Positions 1-11,284 of a DNA stretch of 37,786 nucleotides are shown here, in pieces. Under the pieces are notes generated by a model that was not told the DNA's origin, did not search any database, and saw only the letters and a program-made list of their open reading frames with translations. Numbering within the stretch: position 1 is the first letter of the stretch; every line of letters starts with the position of its first letter. The DNA is from Octopus bimaculoides (lineage: Eukaryota), in contig NC_068997.1 in NCBI RefSeq assembly GCF_001194135.2, positions 53,858,559-53,896,344 of the forward strand, in the 5' to 3' direction. Both the position numbers and the translations under genes were made by a program.

Positions 1-56
<56 letters not shown>
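1..56. repeat. (TG)n microsatellite, runs off the window start
   Basis: Pure TG run directly visible. Confidence 0.98.
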
Positions 57-59
<3 letters not shown>

Positions 60-1072
60 TGACCAAGAGATCAATATCATTGAGAAGAATAACGAAATCG
101 AATGCAGTGGGACTAAAACTGATACACCAAATGGCGGTAGCTAAAATCTCTAAGGTATTTTATTCCGTCGAGGCACCATTTCTGGTAACTCCTCGCTCAT
201 TTACGTCGATATATTGTGACAGATAACCTATATACTTTATAACGATATACGGTTTCCATGAATATAGGTTTCAATGCTTTCGTTGCTGTGACCTATATAT
301 GCATGCATGTGCACATGCGCACGCATCCATGCACATACACATGTATATGAATGCACACACACATACACACACACATATACACACACACACATACAAACAC
401 ACGCAAACATGTATAGACGTATGAACATGCATGCATGCATATATCGATATCTCTATGTATATCTATACATATAGATATATGTGTGTGTGTGTATATATGT
501 GTATATATATATATATACATATCTGTGTGTTTGTGTGTGTGTATGTATATATAATTAATTAATGAAGGATAAAACCATTTAACGATTCTATCAAGTGGTC
601 AGCATGTTAACCACATTTAGGAAAATATTTGTAGTGATATATAATTATGTAGATATAATTATAGCAAATGTGTGTGGATAGGCAAACGACCATGCTGAAA
701 ATAGATGCTAATAGCTCTATAAACCATATATTATTTTACTCTATTAACACAGGTTGAAAGTGGGCTAGTGAATCAATCAGATTTTTAAAAGAAGAATTAC
801 CTATAGATCGATTTCTGGCTTAGGGAAGCAATTTCCTCCTGTTGTTCTCAGTACAGGATGCCGAAAGAATACATATGTAGATATCTAAACATACCATGTG
901 AATAAGTTAAATCTACACGAACATACACATACATCCACATGTATATACTATTATTAAAATCTAATTCCTACACCACAAAACACGTGCTTTTGCATTCAAA
1001 GTAATATCACAGTAAATATAAATTGAAGAGGAGTAATTATACACATTCATTTACTATTAACTATATATATAT

Positions 1073-1359
1073 ACAATTGCAGCGTGGAAGGTGTTTATAA
1101 GCCATTTAAAATAACACACAAAATCCGTTAGATTCACTTCAACATTTAAATTTAATTTGTCAAAATATTTTCATCGCTTTGAGACTGCGACCTGTTCACT
1201 GACAAAATTCTGTGATGCACAGAATTTTGTCAGTGAACAGGTCGCGGTCTCAAAGCGATGAAAATATTTTGACAAATTAAATTTAAATGTTGAAGTGAAT
1301 CTAACGGATTTTGTGTGTTATTTTAAATGGCTTATAAACACCTTCCACGCTGCAATTGT
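1073..1359. repeat. Long fold-back inverted repeat: 142-bp arms, 3-nt loop (ATG, 1215-1217)
   Basis: Checked base by base: 1073-1214 is the reverse complement of 1218-1359 with one mismatch (T1186 opposite G1246). Confidence 0.97.
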
Positions 1360-1529
1360 TTTCGTTCCAGCACACGATCTCATATCAGGTCACTTGCTAT
1401 GCAAGTGCATCTCCGTAATATATTCTAGTTTAATTCTGCTAGGAGGCACCACGAGCCAACTAATGCCTTTTGAATGAATCGGGCAGGCCAGAATTGGGTT
1501 GAACGCCTATGTCAGTTTATTTCAAGATT

Positions 1530-1600
1530 TCTTGCCAATAGAGAAAGAACCGGTTTCTAACCTAGATCCAAGGCTCCTTCATTAGAATTTCAACATCAAC
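1530..1600 (-). repeat. Short interspersed repeat fragment of unknown class; related copy near 32575-32625 (+)
   Basis: Minus strand AATGAAGGAGCCTTGGATCTAGGTTAGAAACCGGTTCTTTCT resembles AATGAAGTTTGGGATCCAGGTTAGAAACCGGCTCTCTT near 32578. Confidence 0.6.
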
Positions 1601-1832
1601 AACAGGGTATTCTTGTATGCATATATGTTATGTATGTATGTATGTATGTATGTATGCATGCATGCATGTATGTATGGATGTATGGATGAATGGATGTGCA
1701 GATTTGTATGTTTTATGTATGTATTCTCATGCATATAGTTGCATATCGAGACATGCTCATATATATTCAATGATATATATTCAAATGATAAACTCACCAC
1801 AGCTTGAAATCCAGTGTTTCGTTTGTTTACCA

Positions 1833-1990
1833 ACTCGTAACATAGCGCTTCGGCAAAACAGACCGATAGAATAATTATTAAGCATTAAAAAGAAACTGTC
1901 GAAGTCGATTGGTTCGATTAGAATCTCTTCAAGATGAATCTCCGGCGTGGCAGCAGCAATGTAATGACGGAAACGAGTAAAAGATAAAAG
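1833..1990 (+). mobile_element. Diverged 3' half of SINE family B
   Basis: GTAACATAGCGCTTCGGCAAAACAGACCGATAGAATAA...GAAACGAGTAAAAGATAAAAG aligns by eye with the better-preserved family B tail at 37493-37640 (minus). Confidence 0.75.
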
Positions 1991-2428
1991 CTAAAAATAC
2001 ATCCTAATTCAATGAAAAAAAAAATCAGTTTAGTTGGTCGATTAACTGAATATTCATCGCCGAAACTGACGAAGAACCACTTTCTTTTTACAGCAAATAA
2101 GATTCTGTTTTCTTTTGCTTGATGTTGTTCTCTTTTCCGATGTCCTCCATGTGCCGCCATTGTCAGTGAAAGCAAATCTTTGCATGTGAGACAAATAAAA
2201 AGGTTTCTTTTAATGAATGTGACTTACAGTATGGCCGTTTAATTAATGAGGCTTATTATTATTTGTGGCATTAATGTTCCAAAGAAGATTCAGAGCAGAT
2301 TCAAAGGAATGTCTTTTACTTTAAGCTTGCATTTGTTTACATCGAAAGCCTATACATATGTGTATATGTCTATATACGATGTTTGTACGTACATAGCTAC
2401 GTACATTCATGCCAATACTCACACAAAC

Positions 2429-2467
<39 letters not shown>

Positions 2468-3796
2468 NNNNNNNNNNNNNNNNNNNNNNNNNNNNNNNNN
2501 NNNNNNNNNNNNNNNNNNNNNNNNNNNNNNNNNNNNNNNNNNNNNNNNNNNNNNNNNNNNNNNNNNNNNNNNNNNNNNNNNNNNNNNNNNNNNNNNNNNN
2601 NNNNNNNNNNNNNNNNNNNNNNNNNNNNNNNNNNNNNNNNNNNNNNNNNNNNNNNNNNNNNNNNNNNNNNNNNNNNNNNNNNNNNNNNNNNNNNNNNNNN
2701 NNNNNNNNNNNNNNNNNNNNNNNNNNNNNNNNNNNNNNNNNNNNNNNNNNNNNNNNNNNNNNNNNNNNNNNNNNNNNNNNNNNNNNNNNNNNNNNNNNNN
2801 NNNNNNNNNNNNNNNNNNNNNNNNNNNNNNNNNNNNNNNNNNNNNNNNNNNNNNNNNNNNNNNNNNNNNNNNNNNNNNNNNNNNNNNNNNNNNNNNNNNN
2901 NNNNNNNNNNNNNNNNNNNNNNNNNNNNNNNNNNNNNNNNNNNNNNNNNNNNNNNNNNNNNNNNNNNNNNNNNNNNNNNNNNNNNNNNNNNNNNNNNNNN
3001 NNNNNNNNNNNNNNNNNNNNNNNNNNNNNNNNNNNNNNNNNNNNNNNNNNNNNNNNNNNNNNNNNNNNNNNNNNNNNNNNNNNNNNNNNNNNNNNNNNNN
3101 NNNNNNNNNNNNNNNNNNNNNNNNNNNNNNNNNNNNNNNNNNNNNNNNNNNNNNNNNNNNNNNNNNNNNNNNNNNNNNNNNNNNNNNNNNNNNNNNNNNN
3201 NNNNNNNNNNNNNNNNNNNNNNNNNNNNNNNNNNNNATATATTATATATATATATATTATGTGCTAATAATCTTCACTTACAATTGTTTCAATTAATACT
3301 CAGTAAATATTAGGTAAATATAAAATTTATACTTATATGACCAGAGCATAATATCCTCAGAGGGGAAAAAAATATATCCTTTGGTATATGTGTTTATGGA
3401 TTAGAAGTACACACACACACACATGTATATATTTATATATATACACATACACACAAACGTGCATGCATATATACATTAATACATATACACATGTATGCTT
3501 ACACATACAAACACACGTGCACACACACACGCACGCACACATACACACACACAAATACAAACGCACTCACACACACACACAGACATCCATGGCTACTTAT
3601 TTTAGGTTGTCTAAATTCTAATAAAAAGCATTTTGTTTCTGGGTTCAAAAGCAGTTTTTTGTATCTTTATCGGTAGTAAATTTTGAAAATATAACCAGAA
3701 AAAATACGCCCGATTAAATATATATATATATATATTGATTCAACACATATACTGGTGTACCTATTCATGCACACACGCACACGCACCGATGTATGG

Positions 3797-3870
<74 letters not shown>

Positions 3871-4359
3871 CTTATGAATTATAGTTGTAAAAGTGCATCT
3901 GACGTCGAAATCATTTATAGTTAGACTTAATTCAGTTTTGGTCAGATCAAATATATTGATATCGTTGTGAAGATCATGCGAACATTAAGTGGAGGTCTTA
4001 TTTTAGATTAGATTTGATGAAAAGATTACTTTAATTACATATATCCCAACGAAAACATCTCGCCTCACTAAAACTGTCATTAACATAAGTATAATGTGTT
4101 AGATGTCCGTTTGTTTGTGTGTATATGTGTGCGTCCATATTTAATTGTGTATGTGTTCGCTTGTGCACTTTTATAATTGCGTCCGAATATTTGTGTGTCT
4201 GTGGGTTTCTATAATCGCATGTGTATGTGTATGTTTGTGCGCTTGTATATGTCTGTGTCTATGTCTGTAGACGCCTGCCTAATTGCCAACGTGTGTTTGC
4301 ATACTTGTAGGACTGTGTGCCTTTATGTTTCTAAGTCTGTGTGTATATGTGTGTGCGTG

Positions 4360-4408
<49 letters not shown>

Positions 4409-4510
4409 GTGTGTGTGTGTGCCTATCTATATCTGTGCTTGTGCGCTTCTGAAGTTGCCTGTATATCTGTTTGTGTCTCTATATGGTTTTATAATTGTAT
4501 ATATCTTGTA

Positions 4511-4880
4511 TCTTTTATCTTTTAACTTTTTCCTGTTATTTGGCTTCGGCCATGCTGGGGCAGCAATTTGGAGGCTTTTTAATCGAACAAATTGACCTTG
4601 AGGACTTATTATTTTGTGCCCTAGTACTTATTTCAATAAGATTTTCTTATTAATATCGGTCGTCAAGCGGTAATGGGGAACAAACACAGATATATAGACC
4701 CCCACCCCCACACACACGACGGACTTCTTTCAGTTTCCGTCTATCAATTCCACTCATAAGGCTTTGGTCGACCCGATACTATAATACAAGACACTCACCG
4801 AAGGTTCCACGCAGTGGGACTGAACCCGGAACCATGCGGCTTGTAAGCAAGCTTTTTACCACTTAGCCACGCTTACGCCT
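4511..4880 (-). mobile_element. tRNA-derived SINE, family B, near full length
   Basis: Minus-strand head AGGCGTAAGCGTGGCTAAGTGGTAAAAAGC (A-box TGGCTAAGTGG) and GGTTCAGTCCC (B-box-like); body GGTAGACGGAAACTGAAAGAAG-type motif; tail CCCCAGCATGGCCG...AAAAGATAAAAGAT. Homologous to copies at 7546, 15778, 36495 and 37493. Confidence 0.88.
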
Positions 4881-5924
4881 GTACACACACATGCACACAC
4901 ATATATATACATGCATATGTGTATATATATATGTATATGTCTTAATGTGAGTATATATGTTTTTGTACTTGTGTATATATATATGTGTTTGTGCGCTTGT
5001 GTGTGTCTGTGCAATTTTGTGTATAGGTGTATGTGAGTTTGAGTAAATATGTTCATTTCTCTGTGTATGTGAGTATATTTTTGTGTGCTTGTGTGTAACT
5101 GTAAACGTGAATTTGTTTGCCTGTGTAAATGCCTTGCTTTTGATATTCTTTTCATTACACAACAGCTTCTGTCTCATTTTGAAGTTATTTATATTGTCCT
5201 CCAGTCTTTTGATGAGGCACTCTCCAGCCTTGACTGTTCTGTCTTTGCAAACAAACCGTTTTGAAGAATACGTTATTTAAAACATCTATTATCTAGACTA
5301 TAATGAAAAAAGCTGTTTATTATTAGTTACGAGTATGTAACTTTTACTTAAAGAAAGCAATTATTAAAACCTACACTGACAAGAAAATTCATATAAATTA
5401 CAATTTTAATATATTTTGCAAAACCAAAATGTAATTTTCATAATTTCTTTATTATTGAAGATTTGAAATACAAAATCTAAATTTAAATCATTGTGACACA
5501 GTCATTTAAGACTGAAAAATAGCATTTTAATCACCCCATACTTCAAGGAACATAACTGGTACCTCAATATTTGCATCACTACTTTCTACAAACATATCAT
5601 CAAAAACTTTTCTTTGAATTACGTTTAATTCCTCTGCATCAGTCAATTTCCGTTGATTCCAGTATGCATTCTTATTTGTTGAGATGTTTTTGAAGAAGAA
5701 ACCTGGTTATATGATTACGTCATTTCTACGAAAAATAGATTTGTGTCATTTTTCCTTCAACTTTTGTATTTGACTGTCCTGCACGATATAAAAAAGTATA
5801 TATAGGAGACGGTTATAGCACATGATAAGGACTATAATCAATTGACATAATCCCGACAGTTGATTATTTTGCTGAGATCACTTGTTATCAGAATTTATAT
5901 GATGAATGGCAAATAAAAACATAG

Positions 5925-6020
5925 CAGCGTGGTAAGAGGCTTCATTTCAGACCACATATTCTTTGGACAAGCGTTCTTCTAATATAGTCTCGCGCTGACC
6001 AAAACCTGGTGAGTCAAATT
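5925..6020 (+). mobile_element. Degenerate, internally deleted SINE family B 5' fragment
   Basis: GTGGTAAGAGGCTT...TTGGACAAGCGTTCTTCTAATATAGTCTCGCGCTGACCAAAACCTGGTGAGT parallels the family B head and body. Confidence 0.55.
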
Positions 6021-6160
6021 CCCCCGTAACATGTCAGGCCTGGTCAAATGATGCTGCCCATAGCTCTCACAGATTGTCCTGGAGTGCTCAGAATCAATTA
6101 AGGCTCAACGCGAATCGAATCATACGTATATAAAGGAAAATACAATATAAATAATATGGA

Positions 6161-6161
<1 letters not shown>

Positions 6162-6202
<41 letters not shown>

Positions 6203-6206
6203 CTAC

Positions 6207-6252
<46 letters not shown>
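6162..6252. repeat. Compound trinucleotide microsatellite (AAC)n then (ACT)n
   Basis: Directly visible. Confidence 0.95.
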
Positions 6253-6254
<2 letters not shown>

Positions 6255-7545
6255 ACTAGTTTAGAAAATTCAATATATATTCAGAAACCTATAATGCTGT
6301 TTAATGGATTTTCCCCACAAACGGCGCATTTCTCGACGGAAAGAGTTTCTAGAAATATAACGGTTATAATCTGAATATAGAGTCACTGGCGCACACACAT
6401 ACACACACAAACACACATAAGCGCGTAACAAGCGTGGTGCATATATGTGTGTGTGTATATAGACATATAATATATTTACAGATATATTTGTATNNNNNNN
6501 NNNNNNNNNNNNNNNNNNNNNNNNNNNNNNNNNNNNNNNNNNNNNNNNNNNNNNNNNNNNNNNNNNNNNNNNNNNNNNNNNNNNNNNNNNNNNNNNNNNN
6601 NNNNNNNNNNNNNNNNNNNNNNNNNNNNNNNNNNNNNNNNNNNNNNNNNNNNNNNNNNNNNNNNNNNNNNNNNNNNNNNNNNNNNNNNNNNNNNNNNNNN
6701 NNNNNNNNNNNNNNNNNNNNNNNNNNNNNNNNNNNNNNNNNNNNNNNNNNNNNNNNNNNNNNNNNNNNNNNNNNNNNNNNNNNNNNNNNNNNNNNNNNNN
6801 NNNNNNNNNNNNNNNNNNNNNNNNNNNNNNNNNNNNNNNNNNNNNNNNNNNNNNNNNNNNNNNNNNNNNNNNNNNNNNNNNNNNNNNNNNNNNNNNNNNN
6901 NNNNNNNNNNNNNNNNNNNNNNNNNNNNNNNNNNNNNNNNNNNNNNNNNNNNNNNNNNNNNNNNNNNNNNNNNNNNNNNNNNNNNNNNNNNNNNNNNNNN
7001 NNNNNNNNNNNNNNNNNNNNNNNNNNNNNNNNNNNNNNNNNNNNNNNNNNNNNNNNNNNNNNNNNNNNNNNNNNNNNNNNNNNNNNNNNNNNNNNNNNNN
7101 NNNNNNNNNNNNNNNNNNNNNNNNNNNNNNNNNNNNNNNNNNNNNNNNNNNNNNNNNNNNNNNNNNNNNNNNNNNNNNNNNNNNNNNNNNNNNNNNNNNN
7201 NNNNNNNNNNNNNNNNNNNNNNNNNNNNNNNNNNNNNNNNNNNNNNNNNNNNNNNNNNNNNNNNNNNNNNNNNNNNNNNTTTCAATATTCATAAATATAT
7301 AGAAGAAATAAGGAAAAAAAGAAAAAAAACGCAAACAACTTTTCTTCGAATGTATATACACAACAAACACACACATACCCATATATTCACACAAACATTC
7401 ATATAAAAAGTGTTATTGTTGATAAAAAATTAATTAATAGATAGATAAGTATATAAAAAATACGATTGTTATGTGTTGAGTCAGTATCCATACACACTCA
7501 CACACCTACATAACGACACAGACACATCCACACATATAAATATAT

Positions 7546-7707
7546 AGGCGGAGGAGTGGCTGTCTGTTAAAAAGCTTTCTTCCCAACCAAGTGGTTCCGG
7601 ATTCATTCTCACTGCGTGGCACTATGACCAAGTGCCTTCTACTAGAGCCTCGGGTGGACCTAATCCGTGTGAGGGATTTCGTAGACGGAAACTGAAAGAA
7701 GCCCATA

Positions 7708-7755
<48 letters not shown>

Positions 7756-7843
7756 GCATGGATTTATGTATGTGCGTCTGTATTTGGCCCCTCTACAATC
7801 GCTTGACAACCAATGCTGGTGTGTTTTTGTCCGCGTAACTTAG
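7546..7843 (+). mobile_element. SINE family B, 3'-truncated, with internal (TA)n
   Basis: Head GGCGGAGGAGTGGCTGTCTGTTAAAAAGC...GGTTCCGGATTCATTCTCACTGCGTGGC; body GTAGACGGAAACTGAAAGAAGCCC; resumes after (TA)n with GCTTGACAACCAATGCTGGTGTGTTT...GTAACTTAG. Confidence 0.88.
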
Positions 7844-8090
7844 GAGCCAGGAGTTGAACAATATCTTCTACAAAAACTTGAAAGACAAAGTGACCACTGC
7901 ATATTTGAAGCGCCTCAAACTTCTCGTGGCTGCCATTAGGATATGGGCTGTTGCTGTAGTCCGCTATGGTGTACCCATTTCTGAGATGGACATGAACGGA
8001 GATAAACCAACTCGATCGCACTGCCCGAAAGTCAATGACAGTGCAAGGCACTCTCCACCCTAAGGTGAACGTACGCAGAAGTATTTACTA
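7838..8090 (+). mobile_element. Decayed non-LTR retrotransposon RT/thumb fragment, R4/Dong-like clade
   Basis: Translates as QELNNIFYKNLKDKVTTAYLKRLKLL-VAAIRIWAVAVVRYG, then after a frameshift LRWT*TEINQLDRTARKSMTVQGTLHPKVNVRRSIY. This matches the 'AINTWAVPVxRY...LDRKTRKxMTxxGALHPKxDVDRLY' block of RLE-clade elements. Internal deletion, frameshift and stop present. Confidence 0.8.
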
Positions 8091-8111
8091 GCAATGGAGT
8101 TGAGAGTGCTA

Positions 8112-8154
<43 letters not shown>

Positions 8155-8226
8155 CATGCAAGCAAAGTAGCTAGTTTGAAATATATATATATAAATATAA
8201 ATATATATGTATACACACAATATATT

Positions 8227-8946
8227 CACGGTGCGTTGGGTAAATTGTTGCCATTCTATACCATTAATTTCGCGCATGCGCTTGTTTGCTTTGGGTTTTG
8301 TCCATTACACACTATAGTAGGGTCAGTTGGGAACCGTTGTGAGAAAAAAGCACCATGACGCAATTCCCTCTGCCAGAAATTTGGAAACGACATGCTGTAC
8401 TGCTTGGCATTCGACCGGAAGCTCCAATGCGAATAGATGGTGAACACACAGAACAACTGTTAGCTTGCCGTGCCTCAAAAACATGTACAGAGAGTGTAAA
8501 ATTCAAACATCCAGTCAACATCATGGTGTTTGAAGTGATCACTATTGATGCTGACGTTAAGCCTCCATTCATCTTCCCACACGGCCTCAGACCCTTAACA
8601 TCTGGCCACCTAACTTCCCAGAATCAACACCCTTGATTATTATGTGTGGGGCACAGTTGAGCGAGAGATCAATAAAACTTCTTGTAACACCAAAGATGAA
8701 TTGAAGGCAAAGATTATGGCAGCATTTATCAAATTAAACAAGGAGTCCGTCCAGAAGACTTGCAGGAGATTCCGAAGTCGTTTGGAGACCGTGGTTGAAG
8801 GCAATGGCGATTTTATTGTATGAATTTACTCTTTCGTATTTCAAGATATTTTTATGTAATTTTGGGAAATATGTATGTTAAAATAAGATGTCAGTGTTAT
8901 TTTCATTTTTGCGTAATTTAGACGACAATTTATTCACCGCACCCTG
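8227..8946 (+). mobile_element. Non-autonomous Tc1/mariner element (DDD type, maT/DD37D-like), internally deleted, 720 bp
   Basis: Imperfect TIRs: CACGGTGCGTTGGGTAAATTGTTGCC on the left versus CAGGGTGCGGTGAATAAATTGTCGTC (reverse complement of the right end), with TA at 8947-8948. Transposase remnants KHPVNIMVF...PPFIFPHGLR, NIWPPN.., LDYYVWGTVERE...RFRSRLETVVEGNGDFIV*. The first two catalytic-Asp blocks are missing. Confidence 0.88.
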
Positions 8947-9367
8947 TATATGCACGCAGCAAAATATCGGTTGGTCTCCTCCTACGGCTACGTACACATG
9001 CACCAAATTAAATCTACCCTCTTTAATCCTTGCAGCCGTACACATACATATTGATGATAAGCAAAGCTGTCTCTTTTTTCCTTTTTCTTCTCTCTTTGCT
9101 TTTTGTTCAATTTCCAAGACAAACTATTTTGACATTTTTATTCGAAACAACTCACAAGAATATAAGAATCTTACAGAACCGTGCAGATATGTCAGTCGGC
9201 GTGTATGACATTGATTGGATTAGGATGGGTGAGTATGTATGCCATTATATGCGAGTGTGTGTATTTGTGAGAATGTATGTGTTTATGTGAGTGTTTATGT
9301 TCACTTATATGTTTTGGTACGTGCTTTATCTTTGTATTGGTGCTGAGAATTCGTTTCTTGGTTACGT

Positions 9368-9399
<32 letters not shown>

Positions 9400-10189
9400 A
9401 CACACACACACACACACAGACACACACACATACACACACACACTCTCATATATACATGTGTTTATATATATTTATACGGATTGAGAGAGAGAGAGTGAGA
9501 GAGGTACATATTATGTTTACAGATTTTTTCAAACGTATTTCACACACATCTAAGTAATCTTTTTCTCAATTNNNNNNNNNNNNNNNNNNNNNNNNNNNNN
9601 NNNNNNNNNNNNNNNNNNNNNNNNNNNNNNNNNNNNNNNNNNNNNNNNNNNNNNNNNNNNNNNNNNNNNNNNNNNNNNNNNNNNNNNNNNNNNNNNNNNN
9701 NNNNNNNNNNNNNNNNNNNNNNNNNNNNNNNNNNNNNNNNNNNNNNNNNNNNNNNNNNNNNNNNNNNNNNNNNNNNNNNNNNNNNNNNNNNNNNNNNNNN
9801 NNNNNNNNNNNNNNNNNNNNNNNNNNNNNNNNNNNNNNNNNNNNNNNNNNNNNNNNNNNNNNNNNNNNNNNNNNNNNNNNNNNNNNNNNNNNNNNNNNNN
9901 NNNNNNNNNNNNNATGTACGTATATATACGTCTATGCCAACCCGTTATTATTTATAAGCAACAAAGAAAATCGTGTTTTCGGCTTTGGCACATTAAACCG
10001 TTTTATTTTAGCATTTCCTTTAACGACATCTAAGAGAAATCAAAAACGCCATTAAACTGTACATGGGCATCATCATCATCATCATCAACAACAGCAAAAA
10101 AAAGAACAAAAACAACAAAAACAACGATAATAACAGCAACATCATTATGAATACCAAGAAACATGAAAATGATAATGATTTTTGTAAAT

Positions 10190-10191
<2 letters not shown>

Positions 10192-10249
<58 letters not shown>
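10192..10249. repeat. (TAA)n microsatellite
   Basis: Directly visible. Confidence 0.95.
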
Positions 10250-10251
<2 letters not shown>

Positions 10252-10286
10252 TAATAACAACATCAGCAACAACAGCTAATTATATT

Positions 10287-10483
10287 CGGTTCTGCACAAG
10301 GCCCGAAATGTTTGTGGAGGGGGCCAGTCGATTAGATCGATCCCAGTACGCAACTGGTAGTGCTTAATTTATCGAACCCCAAAAGGATGAAAGGCAAAGT
10401 CGACCTCGGTGGAATTTGAACTCAGACTAAATACTGCTAAGCATTTCGCCCAAAGTGCTAACGTTTCTGCCAGCTCGCCGGCT
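10287..10483 (-). mobile_element. tRNA-derived SINE family A with 17-bp target-site duplication
   Basis: Minus head CGGCGAGCTGGCAGAAACGTTAGCAC, B-box GAGTTCAAATTCC, core GAGGTCGACTTTGCCTTTCATCCTTTTGGGG. Flanked by exact direct repeat CAACAGCTAATTATATT at 10270-10286 and 10484-10500. Confidence 0.92.
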
Positions 10484-10522
10484 CAACAGCTAATTATATT
10501 ATCGTGATGGTGGTGAGGATGA

Positions 10523-10524
<2 letters not shown>

Positions 10525-10575
<51 letters not shown>
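10525..10575. repeat. (TTA)n microsatellite
   Basis: Directly visible. Confidence 0.95.
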
Positions 10576-11244
10576 GGTACCGTCTAACTTTGAATGTTTC
10601 CATGACAGTTTACGACTGAGTTCAACCCTGTACTCGAACTGAGTACGCCATTGTCTTTTCAGAACATCGATTTCTCTTCAAAGTTTACATCAGTTTTGCA
10701 TTGTCGAGTGAATGCATGTGTTTGTGTACGTGTGTGTGTTTTTGGTGTCCTTCTGTTGTTTCTTGTGTTATTGCGATTGATTCAAAAGTTCTGTTGACTA
10801 TCTACAATACACACTGTGACATACCAGTTTAGCGGTGTATATATTCTGTAATTAGAGCCTTGTGTTTAGTGTCAGGTGATGGTGGTTGAGTAGATTTAAA
10901 ATCCATCTGAGTTCTGTTCCTTTAATGGTTAATACCATTGTAGATTCGGCGATATGTGAATTTGTTGATCTTAAAATATCGCTATGGCGAACTATCAGCT
11001 TCTGTAAATCTTGCTTCTAAACTTAACGCGTCTTCTAATAGAGCGGAATTTCAGTGTGTTTGACATTAAACAATAGACACAAAGAAAATAACAAAATGAC
11101 CTATTAATACTAGATAAGAAATATATATCAACTTTCACCAACGTAACTTTTATATATATTTTCTGACAGAATAAAATAAAAATAAATAATAATATAGAAA
11201 AATAATTTTTAATATATTGAAGAAAGTTGTCTTCGAAATATTCG

Positions 11245-11284
<40 letters not shown>

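Noticed and set aside
2094-2185. Plus-strand exon-like segment (TTTTTACAG| ... AT|GTGAGA; QIRFCFLLLDVVLFSDVLHVPPLSVKANLC)
   Set aside because: No homology recognised, no partner exons, and such sites are frequent by chance in T-rich DNA.
4835-4880. tRNA-like A/B boxes here and at other SINE heads
   Set aside because: They are SINE heads without a cloverleaf; no true tRNA, rRNA or CRISPR array was seen.
5100-5290. Stop-free frames on both strands; minus KAGECLIKRLEDNINNFKMRQ is vaguely like a GIY-YIG 'RLxEH' helix
   Set aside because: No GIY or YIG motifs; similarity too weak to call a Penelope endonuclease.
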